From a virus (taxonomy: Duplodnaviria; Caudoviricetes): DNA of 64,000 nucleotides. A program made the position numbers and the translations under genes. Numbering within the stretch: the first letter of the stretch is position 1; every line of letters begins with the position of its first letter. Shown one piece after another: positions 7,301-15,376 of the stretch. The notes below the pieces were generated by a model, which was not told the DNA's origin, searched no databases, and saw only the letters and a program-made list of their open reading frames with translations. Location of the stretch: IMG/VR virus record IMGVR_UViG_3300049198_000021, positions 1 through 64,000 of that record; one strand, written 5' to 3'.

Positions 7301-7477
7301 ACCGACTGGTTCGGTGCCCGTGAGATCAAGATGAAGGTGGACGGTCAGGTGAACGGGAAGCGCACCTTTATCTTCCCGCCGCTGTCTGAGGTCCGCTCGA
7401 AGCTCAAGGAAAACAAGGGTCTGGATGTAGAGGCAATGACCGAAGAGGCGGTGAAGTCAATCCGGCTTCGGTCGTAA
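4325..7477 (+). CDS. DNA primase-helicase (primase domain plus C-terminal D5/SF3-like NTPase)
   Basis: GVDLD, YTTHSH, PKFRAVFPL, D....DPARLFYLP, zinc motif CPFEAEH..CVH..C, Walker A GKKGTGKS, ERRF. Confidence 0.85.
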   Translation: MTPYTQLIHDLMGRASGAVTVEAADGSYITSDDLLEVGAFASHADDPWIDLVTDEGNAIGVFVAGNPEVVEPQPSFDVDGGMIYMIDGDPIPGMKQGLHMCPLSVFMHNGKPDFDGLNWYEPEDLDLTTPGSSRNITLMTGRRRDEGQGKWKEISSTFGQFETVLQDHKEGQKDGPCFLQGKSANGARKAVAMIENHILGVDLDSGAPLTDVMETIQKYGLEAVIYTTHSHLKDTSVIKRDHFIKWNEEGEVDEDAVRDYLIKVKGTLPQIVDDLEIIDDAHHTEEGVVILVKHKPMPKFRAVFPLKEAFVFAKRGGSQKDAINEWKERYAGFCSELGLFFDEKCVDPARLFYLPRHPAKSKNHGSWLVVGEPLDLDKFDRVKMKRGRTGKRSAVSSNAFTDAAGGADYDDEDDADRYITSCGFNLKGWSIKYAKRFEVQTMIEEVVGGDFVRESRGNKPGVHVECPFEAEHSSFGGGGTFVVNASDNLDDGYDGGFTFTCVHNSCSGRDRLDYLKEMIEQELITVADLKNKDFLFELEEDEEEEDVPAQREKPKKHTQQTDKEHREEHEDQINDDDFGDDEDSMLKAFNRRYAVIRTSGGVRILVEPRTAEDDVVFESQNDVALYEKNRIIWVTEGKQTRKVEAFKQWLEWEKRRTYRNVVFAPGEKTPKDVYNLFQGWPFEAVPTTWENVLDNKHEPVAGDWSMLRGHIYENICESNDAYFEWLMTWIAMLFQKPQAKPGSTVVITGKKGTGKSTLFDYINQLLGRCGITVSQRKQIVGQFNGHLATTLLMVCEEAFWAADPQAEGVLKDMITNKSVLIEKKGYDPIQSQNYTRLALISNNEWVVPASLKDERRFFVLRCSDAVQGNIHFFEQMREQMEKKGGLEAMLYDLLHWEPVGGTFSTLFTPPATAYLQQQQIESLSGVQKFMLELVKSGVYETHDDKVTPIELNTDTETTVYAVDMRAAVEDYVRFQFSSDKAKTSYDDISAVVTDWFGAREIKMKVDGQVNGKRTFIFPPLSEVRSKLKENKGLDVEAMTEEAVKSIRLRS

Positions 7478-7484
7478 AAATTTC

Positions 7485-7685
7485 GGACAATTTGTCCGGA
7501 AAGCCTTGACAGACATTTTCCCTGCCTTTAGAGAAATCCTCGCTAAACGTGATTTGTCACTTTCTGGTTCTAAACAAAGGAGGTTGTCATGAAGTAAGCA
7601 GTTAGGCCGCCAACCCAATATGGCATTAGAGATATGATGGCCGCGCTAGGATAACACCGGCGCGGCCTTAGCACAGGAGACAGAC
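7485..7685 (+). promoter_or_regulatory. rtcB promoter and leader: palindrome, TTGACA promoter, M-K-stop minigene, hairpin
   Basis: GGACAA-T-TTGTCC 7485-7497; TTGACA 7506; AAGGAGG-ATGAAGTAA 7589-7597; GGCCGCGCT/GGCGCGGCC 7639-7667. Confidence 0.55.
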
Positions 7686-8927
7686 ATGCGTATCGATCAG
7701 ATTACCGATTCACTGGGTAACAAGAAGCTGGTGAAGCTCTGGGAGCCGAAAGGCTATCCATTCGAGCCCGAAGCTGTCGAGCAGATCAACAACATGGCTC
7801 GCCTCCCATTCGTTTTCAAGCACGTTGCTGTGATGCCTGATGCCCACGCAGGCAAGGGCTCCACCGTGGGGACCGTTTTTGCAACCAAGGGCGCTATCGT
7901 GCCGGCGGCTGTTGGCGTTGACATCGGCTGCGGCATGATGGCCGTCCGCACTTCGCTGACCGCGAGCGATCTTCCGGACAACCTGTCGCACATCCGTGGG
8001 ATGATCGAGGCTGCTGTGCCTCACGGTCGTGGGAACATGGACCAGATTCGTTCTGGCCGTGATCCGGGTTCGTGGGGTAAGCCGACCAAGGACGCAGAAA
8101 TGCGTTGGAAGAAGCTGGCGGACCGCTACGATGCGATCATCGCCAAGCACCCGAAGATCGCTCAGCGTCGCCACCCGGTGCATCACATGGGCACGCTGGG
8201 GACCGGCAACCACTTCATCGAAATCTGTTTGGACGAGGACCAGAACGTCTGGGTCATGCTCCACTCGGGTTCGCGTGGTATCGGCAACTCGATCGGCACC
8301 TACTTCATCGAGAAGGCGAAGCGCGAGATGGAGCGTTACCATATCGCTCAGTATCTGCCGGATGAAGACCTGTCGTATCTGGTTGAGCATACCGAGGTCT
8401 ACGACGATTACGTCGAAGCCGTCGGCTGGGCTCAGGACTTCGCGATGGAGAACCGTCAGACGATGATGGATGCCGTGTTGGGCGTGATGCGCCAGACCCT
8501 GCCGCCGTTCCTGTCCGATCAGATGGCAGTCAACTGCCACCACAATTACGTGACCAAGGAGCAGCATTACGGTGAGGCCGTGCTGGTGACCCGCAAGGGC
8601 GCTGTGCAGGCTCGTGAAGGCACCATGGGGATCATTCCGGGGTCGATGGGCACCGGGAGCTTCATTGTCCGTGGTCTCGGTAACCACCACTCGTTCCACT
8701 CGTGCAGCCATGGGGCTGGGCGCGTGATGAGCCGCACCAAGGCGAAGAAGCTGATCTCGATGGAACAGCACGCCGAGGCGATGAAGGGAATCGAAGCCCG
8801 TTTGGATGAAGACGTGCTGGACGAGAGCCCGGCCGCCTACAAGCCGATCGGGGCTGTGATGGATGCTCAGAGCGATCTCGTCGAGATCGTTCACCGCCTC
8901 CGTCAGGTTCTCAACGTCAAGGGCTGA
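7686..8927 (+). CDS. rtcB: RtcB RNA ligase
   Basis: MPDAHAGKG, VGVDIGCGM, GTLGTGNHF, HSGSRG, HHNY, RKGA, PGSMG, SHGAGR, DESP.AYK motifs. Confidence 0.97.
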   Translation: MRIDQITDSLGNKKLVKLWEPKGYPFEPEAVEQINNMARLPFVFKHVAVMPDAHAGKGSTVGTVFATKGAIVPAAVGVDIGCGMMAVRTSLTASDLPDNLSHIRGMIEAAVPHGRGNMDQIRSGRDPGSWGKPTKDAEMRWKKLADRYDAIIAKHPKIAQRRHPVHHMGTLGTGNHFIEICLDEDQNVWVMLHSGSRGIGNSIGTYFIEKAKREMERYHIAQYLPDEDLSYLVEHTEVYDDYVEAVGWAQDFAMENRQTMMDAVLGVMRQTLPPFLSDQMAVNCHHNYVTKEQHYGEAVLVTRKGAVQAREGTMGIIPGSMGTGSFIVRGLGNHHSFHSCSHGAGRVMSRTKAKKLISMEQHAEAMKGIEARLDEDVLDESPAAYKPIGAVMDAQSDLVEIVHRLRQVLNVKG

Positions 8928-8928
8928 T

Positions 8929-9231
8929 ATGACACCGAATGCTGACAATGTTACCGCGATCGTCAGCCGGGACCCAGACGCTGCATTGATACTTGCAATC
9001 AAGCTGCGGCGTCTGGGTTTCGTCACCGAGACCTACGTTTCCGCCTCAACCAAGGGCTATAAAAAGGCGGTAGCCAAAGCCATGCAGCATGAGTTAGCGA
9101 TTCTTCTGGACGAGGATGTCGCGATTGATGCTATCTACGATGAGCGATATGACCTGACACAAGTCGATGTGGTATCCCTAGTTGTGGAAAACATGGGAGA
9201 CATTCCACGCCCTAAGCTGTGGGTCCATTGA
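8929..9231 (+). CDS. stand-alone protein resembling a class IIa aaRS (HisRS-type) anticodon-binding domain
   Basis: ALILAIKLRRLGF.TE....S.K..KKA...A.....ILL.ED pattern. Confidence 0.45.
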   Translation: MTPNADNVTAIVSRDPDAALILAIKLRRLGFVTETYVSASTKGYKKAVAKAMQHELAILLDEDVAIDAIYDERYDLTQVDVVSLVVENMGDIPRPKLWVH

Positions 9232-9261
9232 TAGAATAACAACAAACAAGGAGGAACACCC

Positions 9262-9684
9262 GTGCCCGAATCCCGTAACCTTTTCACCGCAGCAGCCGCT
9301 ATCGCACTGCTTCTGATCGTCGTCGTCGGCGGTGGTCTGGGTAGCTGTGCTGCCTACAATTCGATGCGCGTCTGGAACGCCGAAACGGCTGGGGAAGCCG
9401 AGTTGGCTCAGGCAAGCTCCAATCGCCGGATCGCGGTGCTGGAAGCACAGGCCCTGATGGACAGCGCCAAGCTCAAGGCCGATGCCGAAGTGGCCCGCGC
9501 TCGTGGTGTGGCCGAAGCCAACAAGATCGTCGCCGAAGGTCTCGGCGGACCTGAGGGATACCTACGGTATCTCTACATCAACAACCTCGAAAACTCCAAG
9601 GGTCAGGTGATCTATATCCCGACCGAGGCTGGTCTGCCGATTCTCGAAGCCGGCAAGCGCCCGCGCCCGGCTGCCGCTGAATAA
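9262..9684 (+). CDS. SPFH/band-7-like membrane protein
   Basis: N-terminal TM helix, AEA-rich coiled coil, YLRYLYI...VIYIPTEAGLPILEAG. Confidence 0.75.
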   Translation: MPESRNLFTAAAAIALLLIVVVGGGLGSCAAYNSMRVWNAETAGEAELAQASSNRRIAVLEAQALMDSAKLKADAEVARARGVAEANKIVAEGLGGPEGYLRYLYINNLENSKGQVIYIPTEAGLPILEAGKRPRPAAAE

Positions 9685-9884
9685 TGGGCGTCCAACAAGA
9701 ACAGGCGACGGCCGAACTTCGGTTCCTCCGTTTCTTCTACTCAGCAGCCGGCGGTGCTTTCGGGCCGGCTGATGCCGAAATCTACCGGATGATCATCGAG
9801 GACTTCGAGGATCAGACTGGTGTGCGGGTTCCTGAGGATTACCGCGAAGGCTTCTTTTCCGACGAGGATGACGACAATGAATGA
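9684..9884 (+). CDS. hypothetical protein
   Basis: translationally coupled ORF. Confidence 0.65.
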   Translation: MGVQQEQATAELRFLRFFYSAAGGAFGPADAEIYRMIIEDFEDQTGVRVPEDYREGFFSDEDDDNE

Positions 9885-10125
9885 ACCCGATGAACCCGCC
9901 GTGGATGACCGCCTTCGCCTTCTGATCGAGCGTATCGAACGCCTCGAAGAAGAAAAGAAGGGCATCGCCGACGACATCAAGGATGTCTACGCAGAAGCCA
10001 AGGCCGTCGGTTTCGACGCCAAGATCATGCGTATGATCGTGCGCCTCCGGAAGATGAAGCCGGACGATCGCAGCGAGCAGGACATGATCCTCGAAACCTA
10101 CAAGAACGCGCTGGGCATGTCCTGA
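9877..10125 (+). CDS. gapR: GapR (UPF0335/DUF2312) nucleoid-associated DNA-binding protein
   Basis: [40 protein letters not shown] signature. Confidence 0.92.
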   Translation: MNEPDEPAVDDRLRLLIERIERLEEEKKGIADDIKDVYAEAKAVGFDAKIMRMIVRLRKMKPDDRSEQDMILETYKNALGMS

Positions 10126-10595
10126 TGCATCAAGTCATCTTGTTCAGCGGTTGGTATAGCGCGGCTCTGTGCCGCTCCTGTCCTGATCTGCTGTTCGTGT
10201 TCGGTGACAACACGCTTGGGTTCGGAAAGGGTGGTCAGGCGATCATCCGATCCGAACCCAACACCTTCGGTATTCCCACGAAGAGAAAGCCTTCCATGGC
10301 TTCCGGGTCTTTCTTCATGGAAGGAAACGAGCGTGATCTTGATGCTGTCCTAGTTCGACTGGGTGAGTTGTGGGATCGTCTCGAAGAAGGGCGAACTGTC
10401 GTCATCCCAATAAACCAAGAAGGGGAGATCAGCCTTGGCCTCGAAAGAGCCCGCTTACGACAAACCGCTCCGGGCATCTACGACACGCTCAAAAACCACG
10501 TCAACGAGATGTGTGTCGCGCATGGCTGGGACAAAATCGAAGACGAAAAAGGTCTCGAAGCCTTTCATGCTACTCTCCGAGGACCCGAGAGTTAA
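10125..10595 (+). CDS. conserved phage protein (FVFGDN..G.GGQA..R..PN..GIPTK family, macrodomain-like)
   Basis: motif recognition. Confidence 0.65.
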   Translation: MHQVILFSGWYSAALCRSCPDLLFVFGDNTLGFGKGGQAIIRSEPNTFGIPTKRKPSMASGSFFMEGNERDLDAVLVRLGELWDRLEEGRTVVIPINQEGEISLGLERARLRQTAPGIYDTLKNHVNEMCVAHGWDKIEDEKGLEAFHATLRGPES

Positions 10596-10908
10596 CCTTC
10601 TCCAGTCGATGGTTCAGAGCCTAGCTCACTTCGAAGCGAAGGGATTCACGGCTCAGCATCTCAAGGTGTTTTTCGCGGTAGAGCTATTCATCAGCATATC
10701 GCAATCCAGAGCTAATCCAGATGAAGTTGGTATCGCCACCCTTCTCGGGATGCATGTTGAAGACTTTACTCATGAATTGAATGAGCTTGTGGAGAAACGT
10801 TATCTTCACAAGATGCACCCAACTTATGGGGAGTTGATTTACACTTACAAGATCGGGTCGTTGGGTGGAACATTGCTGCGCAAAGTGGCACTAAAAAAGA
10901 TTACCTAA
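10567..10908 (+). CDS. hypothetical protein, possible winged HTH
   Basis: IATLLGM....F...LNELVEKRYL pattern; start uncertain. Confidence 0.55.
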   Translation: MLLSEDPRVNLLQSMVQSLAHFEAKGFTAQHLKVFFAVELFISISQSRANPDEVGIATLLGMHVEDFTHELNELVEKRYLHKMHPTYGELIYTYKIGSLGGTLLRKVALKKIT

Positions 10909-10924
10909 GTCCCCGAAATAAGTG

Positions 10925-10967
10925 AAAATGTCGGTGAACGAAGCATTCCTTCGTTCACCGACATTTT
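10925..10967. terminator. perfect 19-bp inverted repeat, likely bidirectional terminator
   Basis: AAAATGTCGGTGAACGAAG-CATTC-CTTCGTTCACCGACATTTT. Confidence 0.75.
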
Positions 10968-11049
10968 TGCTTGCCTCAGGTGGAATTTCCTGCTATCATA
11001 GATGATCATTCGGTGCCTTGCCACCGTCACTCCCAGCAGGCAGCATAAT

Positions 11050-11415
11050 ATGTTCCTAATTTATCTGGCGGTGGTGTGCAGCGCCATGTCGTTCCTCACC
11101 GGCATCGTCATTGTTGGCTCCGGTAAGGAGTTCCAATACGAACCCAAACATCTTCTACAGGGACGCCGCGACGCGCTCCTCTACGTCTGGGTGATCTTCT
11201 CGTCGATCTTCGCACTGGCACACTGTGCTTCGTTGATCGAATACGGGATCACAGAAGATTGGCAATATCGATTCAGTGACACCGGGCGTTGGATGGCGAT
11301 CCACTCTGGTGTGGGTGCCCTCCTTACTGCCGCTCACCTGTTCATTCGCCATGATCTTTCAGGTGGTGCTTCTTCACATATTTTCCTTTGGGGTGCGCGT
11401 CGCCATGCCGTCTAG
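11050..11415 (+). CDS. membrane protein (3 TM)
   Basis: hydrophobic segments. Confidence 0.65.
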   Translation: MFLIYLAVVCSAMSFLTGIVIVGSGKEFQYEPKHLLQGRRDALLYVWVIFSSIFALAHCASLIEYGITEDWQYRFSDTGRWMAIHSGVGALLTAAHLFIRHDLSGGASSHIFLWGARRHAV

Positions 11416-11833
11416 CTTTTCGATCCTAGCTGCCGATACTGAACTACAGCACAGCATTTGGGTTGCCACCGGCGGCGCTATGCTCGTGCTTCTGCAATCG
11501 ATTCTTTCAGGAGAACGCCGAGTGTGGTGGAAGCTTCTTGTCTCTTGCATCATCGGTGGTAGCGCCGCTGCTCTCGTCGGGCACGCTTTTGAGGGCTCTT
11601 CGTGGGTCTACATCTACTGCGGTATCTCGGCCATCGTCGCTGAGAACATCATCTTTGGTCTGGTCAAGGCTTCCGAGCAATTCAAACAGAACCCGATCAC
11701 CGTCGCCGCCCAGCTTTGGCGCGTGTTCGGCCCGAGCTTCGGTAAGACCACCGACAAGGCGGCTGACGCCTTGGATGTCAATCCCGACACCGGTAAGCCG
11801 GCCGGAGGAAATGACACTTCCGCTGTAGGTTAA
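11405..11833 (+). CDS. holin-like membrane protein
   Basis: 3 TM segments and a charged C-terminal tail. Confidence 0.55.
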   Translation: MPSSFSILAADTELQHSIWVATGGAMLVLLQSILSGERRVWWKLLVSCIIGGSAAALVGHAFEGSSWVYIYCGISAIVAENIIFGLVKASEQFKQNPITVAAQLWRVFGPSFGKTTDKAADALDVNPDTGKPAGGNDTSAVG

Positions 11834-12048
11834 TATGCCCTTCTGATAACGGATAACATCCCGCCTAGTTATCCTCTCCAACCGGTGAGTGATGATTATG
11901 GGATGGCGGGAAACTGCTCCTAACCTAGAGGGAGTTCTGCGCTCCCGTGATACACCACCTGCCTACATCTGGCCGGTTGGTTTTCTCGTTGCTGAGCTTT
12001 TTGCTCTTTGGTTTCTCAGGCCCTAACCCTACCCACACCCCAGCGTTG

Positions 12049-12079
12049 ACGCCTCGGAAGAAATTCCGGGGCGTTTTTC
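12049..12079 (+). terminator. intrinsic terminator
   Basis: ACGCCTCGGAA-GAAA-TTCCGGGGCGT followed by a T run. Confidence 0.7.
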
Positions 12080-12136
12080 GTTTGACAAATCTTCCTATTC
12101 GTATCATGGAAAGTCTCACATCAACGAGGAGACCTC

Positions 12137-12595
12137 ATGATTCTTTCAAACCAAGTGCGCTGCCATAAATGTGGCGACACCCCTTTCAGTGCCCATCGGC
12201 ATGATTACCGGCCGTGCAAGTGCGGTTCCATCGCAGTGGATGGTGGTATGACCTACCTCCGCCGGGTCGGCGACATCTCCGCTTACGATGACATGAGCAT
12301 CGAGTTCCCGGACGAATCTGCGAACAAGATCATCTATGCGCTCGATCAGGTCATTGGTGATGGCAGCAGCTACGGCCCCGCCAGCTTGCTCATGGCTATC
12401 ACGCGCACTCTGGAAGCAGAGGGCATCACTGTCGATCGTGATCGTGAAAAGCATGAAGGTGCGGTCGATGAAGCCTTCGCTGCTGCTGTCGTCTGGACAT
12501 CCCAGAACGGCCGCAACGGGCTTGGCGCTCTGTGTGCTGTGGCTCGCTATGTGCGTGACGCCGGCGGCGTCTGGAAGGTTCCTGTCGATGCCTGA
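12137..12595 (+). CDS. zinc-binding conserved phage protein
   Basis: C..CGD...S.HRHDY..CKCG...VDGG; GAGGAG RBS. Confidence 0.75.
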   Translation: MILSNQVRCHKCGDTPFSAHRHDYRPCKCGSIAVDGGMTYLRRVGDISAYDDMSIEFPDESANKIIYALDQVIGDGSSYGPASLLMAITRTLEAEGITVDRDREKHEGAVDEAFAAAVVWTSQNGRNGLGALCAVARYVRDAGGVWKVPVDA

Positions 12596-13214
12596 GCGTT
12601 TCTCGTGTGCTGACCTACATTTCGGCCACAAAGGTATGGTCATGTTTACCAGCGGCGGTAAGCCGATCCGCCCGTGGGGGACTGCGGTGGGGAAGGTGAA
12701 GTTCGATGATCTCGAACCCGAGTTGCAGGCTGACATCATGCGCCGGGTCGAAGAGATGGACGAGGCCATGGTCGATAACTGGAACCGGGTCGTTGGTCCC
12801 AAGGACAAGGTGGAAGTTCTGGGTGACGCTGTGATCGGTCGTCAGCAGATTCACACCTTCGGCCGGCTGAACGGACGCAAGCGCTTGCGGATGGGGAATC
12901 ACGATGTGTTCGTCAAGAACAACAACCGGGACTATGCCCAGTATTTCGAGGAGATCACAGCCTACAAGGTCTTCGACGATCTCATCATGTCGCACATTCC
13001 CCTTCACCCCGAATCGGTCAAGGAACGCTGGAAGGCGAACGTCCATGGGCACCTTCACACCAAGCGCGTGATGATGAACAAGCAGACGTGGTGGGGTGGT
13101 GTCCAAGAAGTGATCGATCCGCGCTATCTTTGCGTCTCGATGGAACATATCGACTACACACCCATTCCTATGGATGAAGTCTACCGCCGTATCGAGGAAC
13201 AACAAAATGGCTAA
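12588..13214 (+). CDS. calcineurin-like metallophosphoesterase
   Basis: DLHFGH, LGD, GNHD, SHIP, HGHLH. Confidence 0.92.
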   Translation: MPERFSCADLHFGHKGMVMFTSGGKPIRPWGTAVGKVKFDDLEPELQADIMRRVEEMDEAMVDNWNRVVGPKDKVEVLGDAVIGRQQIHTFGRLNGRKRLRMGNHDVFVKNNNRDYAQYFEEITAYKVFDDLIMSHIPLHPESVKERWKANVHGHLHTKRVMMNKQTWWGGVQEVIDPRYLCVSMEHIDYTPIPMDEVYRRIEEQQNG

Positions 13215-13437
13215 TCCAAAGACACCGGCTTCGGCCGTCATGGACTTCCGGGAGCGTCATCGGCTGGATCAGGCGGCCGTCGATCGCCTGTTCGGCTTCT
13301 CGTCGGAGGGGCGCGCTTGTCGTCGCTGGGAAGCCGAAGGGGCTCCCTACTACGTGACCATCCTCATGGCTTACGTAGACACCTATGGCCTTGCGAAGAT
13401 GGAAGAACTAGCGGCAAATCGTGAACTTGTCGCTTGA
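13207..13437 (+). CDS. XRE-like HTH protein
   Basis: R.RH.L.QA....LFG.......RRWE. Confidence 0.6.
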   Translation: MANPKTPASAVMDFRERHRLDQAAVDRLFGFSSEGRACRRWEAEGAPYYVTILMAYVDTYGLAKMEELAANRELVA

Positions 13438-13467
13438 CCGTCATAGGTTAGTGTTCTAGCTTTGTAT

Positions 13468-13640
13468 CGAAGCAAGGGCCTCCCTGCTTTCGGTGGCTCG
13501 CCCGTCAGGTCCAGTGCTTGGCGGGCGAAGTCACATCAGAGAAGCAAGCGCCAGATGGCTATCCCGGTGCCAGCTAAGAAGCACAGACTACCGGCGGCGT
13601 AAAAGCCGTAAGAAAGAAGTGACCAGCCTAGCTCAGTCAT
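13468..13640 (+). ncRNA. candidate structured ncRNA at the strand-switch point
   Basis: TTGACC-17-TAGCTT promoter (13434-13462); stem CGCCCGTCAGG/CTTGGCGGGCG; no convincing ORF. Confidence 0.4.
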
Positions 13641-13969
13641 CAGATTTCACTATCGTCTCGGACCCACAAAGCGATCGGCGGGAGGTTGTTTCCGGACACC
13701 AACATCCGGACGGGCTCACCCTTATTCAGCAGGTGCAGTTCCTCCTCGGTCGGCCGCCACTCCGACATGAAAGCCGGGTAGACCTCCTCACCGCTGGAGA
13801 GTTGCGATCGCACGATCCGCACGGCTGGTTCGAAAAGGATGTCACCGGTCGCACCGACTCGCCGGACAGCTAGTGTCCCGCAATCTTGCTCATCCCAGTC
13901 GGCCGGCTTGCCCATTCGGATGTAGTGATCCGGAGCGTCCGGGTGTGGGCCAATGTCGGTAGCGATCAT
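13640..13969 (-). CDS. conserved phage hypothetical protein
   Basis: PADWD...CGTL...SEWRPT.EEL..LN.G. Confidence 0.7.
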   Translation of the reverse strand: MIATDIGPHPDAPDHYIRMGKPADWDEQDCGTLAVRRVGATGDILFEPAVRIVRSQLSSGEEVYPAFMSEWRPTEEELHLLNKGEPVRMLVSGNNLPPIALWVRDDSEI

Positions 13970-13970
13970 A

Positions 13971-14648
13971 TCAGTTGTTCTCCTCGTCTTCGTCGATCGG
14001 GATTTGACCTTCGGACGGACCGAACGATCCCATGTATTGCTTGGCCCACTCATCGCGATCCATGCCGCGAAGCACATCGATGTATTCCTGAGGCCAGATG
14101 GAACGCGGTCTTGTGACCTCATCGTAAGCCTCGCGATATGCCTCTGGGAGAACCACGATCGGATTCTTGGTTGCGCCATTGACCGTCACGGTGAAACCGG
14201 CCTTCATGAGCGATCTGATCTCGTCGATTTGCCGGTTCTTTTCAGCTTCGGACATTTCTTTCATGATCCGCACCATATCCTCGTAGAGAAATCTTGGGGT
14301 AGCGCCCTGTTCGATGTTAGTGGTATTGCCGTAAAGCAACTGGCGGGTTGCCTCCATATGGCAAGCCTCCCTCATCGCTTGCATTTCGACACTCAGACGG
14401 TTTGCGATCTTGAGATCGTGTTCGCTGAGTTCGTCCAGCAAGCCCTTGTCGAAGCGGATGGAGGGATAAACCCGATGGACCACTGAGTGGTCTCCCTCAG
14501 GGGCTCCCTTGTCATATCCGAAAAACTCGTAGCGACCGGGGTCGCGTTGGACTGCAAAGTCCACACCAGATGGTAGCCAGTCAGCTATTTTGATCCCCAT
14601 CCCGTGGAAGAAGAATGAGTTGTCGGTTTTGGAATCAGTTGCGGGCAT
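13971..14648 (-). CDS. hypothetical protein
   Basis: 225-aa ORF. Confidence 0.65.
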   Translation of the reverse strand: MPATDSKTDNSFFFHGMGIKIADWLPSGVDFAVQRDPGRYEFFGYDKGAPEGDHSVVHRVYPSIRFDKGLLDELSEHDLKIANRLSVEMQAMREACHMEATRQLLYGNTTNIEQGATPRFLYEDMVRIMKEMSEAEKNRQIDEIRSLMKAGFTVTVNGATKNPIVVLPEAYREAYDEVTRPRSIWPQEYIDVLRGMDRDEWAKQYMGSFGPSEGQIPIDEDEENN

Positions 14649-14695
14649 CCCAGTCCTCTACCAGAATGCCCGCCATAGTCAAGTCAGAATTGCGG

Positions 14696-15082
14696 TCACC
14701 GCATCATCAGGTCGATCGCTTCGCGCTCGTTGATCTCACCAGCGGCGTGGGCTTCCTCGATCTCCCGGTTGCGAAAGAACTTCTGGTCGTCGAGACCCTG
14801 ATAAGCGAGCGAACCATAAGCCGGATCGATCTCATACCAGTAAGCGTCCCAGTCAGGACCTTCCCCTGTCTTGTAGGCGCGCTCGATTTGACGGAGCAGC
14901 TTGTTCGCCCGCTCCTCACCACGCTTGTATACGCCTTCGTCTGAGAAGGTGTAGCCATGGGCGAGACGCCGACCGGTTTCGGTCTCGGCGACAATGTAAT
15001 AGACCAGACCCTCGATCGGGTATCCGGTCTCGTCTCGACCGGTGTGAACGACATCGCTGCGAACGTAAAACTGAAAAGCCAT
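14696..15082 (-). CDS. hypothetical protein
   Basis: AGGAGACAGAC RBS; headed by a repeat variant. Confidence 0.75.
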   Translation of the reverse strand: MAFQFYVRSDVVHTGRDETGYPIEGLVYYIVAETETGRRLAHGYTFSDEGVYKRGEERANKLLRQIERAYKTGEGPDWDAYWYEIDPAYGSLAYQGLDDQKFFRNREIEEAHAAGEINEREAIDLMMR

Positions 15083-15154
15083 TGTCTGTCTCCTTGTTGA
15101 CGAATCAGTGATAGACTAGCTCCACCAATTCGTCAACAAGTTTTCCAGACTAAG

Positions 15155-15310
15155 TTACTTGTTCTTCTTTTTCGCTGTCTTCTTGGCGTCCCGGAAATCC
15201 TTAGCTGCTGGGGCTTTCTTGGTTCCGGGCTTATTCATCTTCTCTCCGGAGCCGTTCTTGATACGCTCCTGCTTGGCGTTGATGTTCGCATAGAGACCGC
15301 GTTTTGCCAT
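15155..15310 (-). CDS. small basic protein MAKRGLYANINAKQERIKNGSGEKMNKPG... (51 aa, not in the ORF track)
   Basis: translated by hand; GAGGA RBS. Confidence 0.7.
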   Translation of the reverse strand: MAKRGLYANINAKQERIKNGSGEKMNKPGTKKAPAAKDFRDAKKTAKKKNK

Positions 15311-15376
15311 TTTCAAATTCCTCAGTTAGGTCAATCGAAAATGATACCATAGGCACTCTTACGAGTCAATGATCCG

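Noticed and set aside
4817-9026. Long minus-strand ORFs (4817-6454, 7710-9026) and similar plus-strand ORFs opposite minus-strand genes (17640-18863, 19625-20761, 24540-25703, 31780-32916)
   Set aside because: Antisense shadows of GC-rich genes that carry recognisable motifs.
13500-13550. SRP RNA or HDV-like ribozyme
   Set aside because: GTCAGGTCC is present but the GGAAGGAAGCAGC motif is not, and the HDV pairing order cannot be built.
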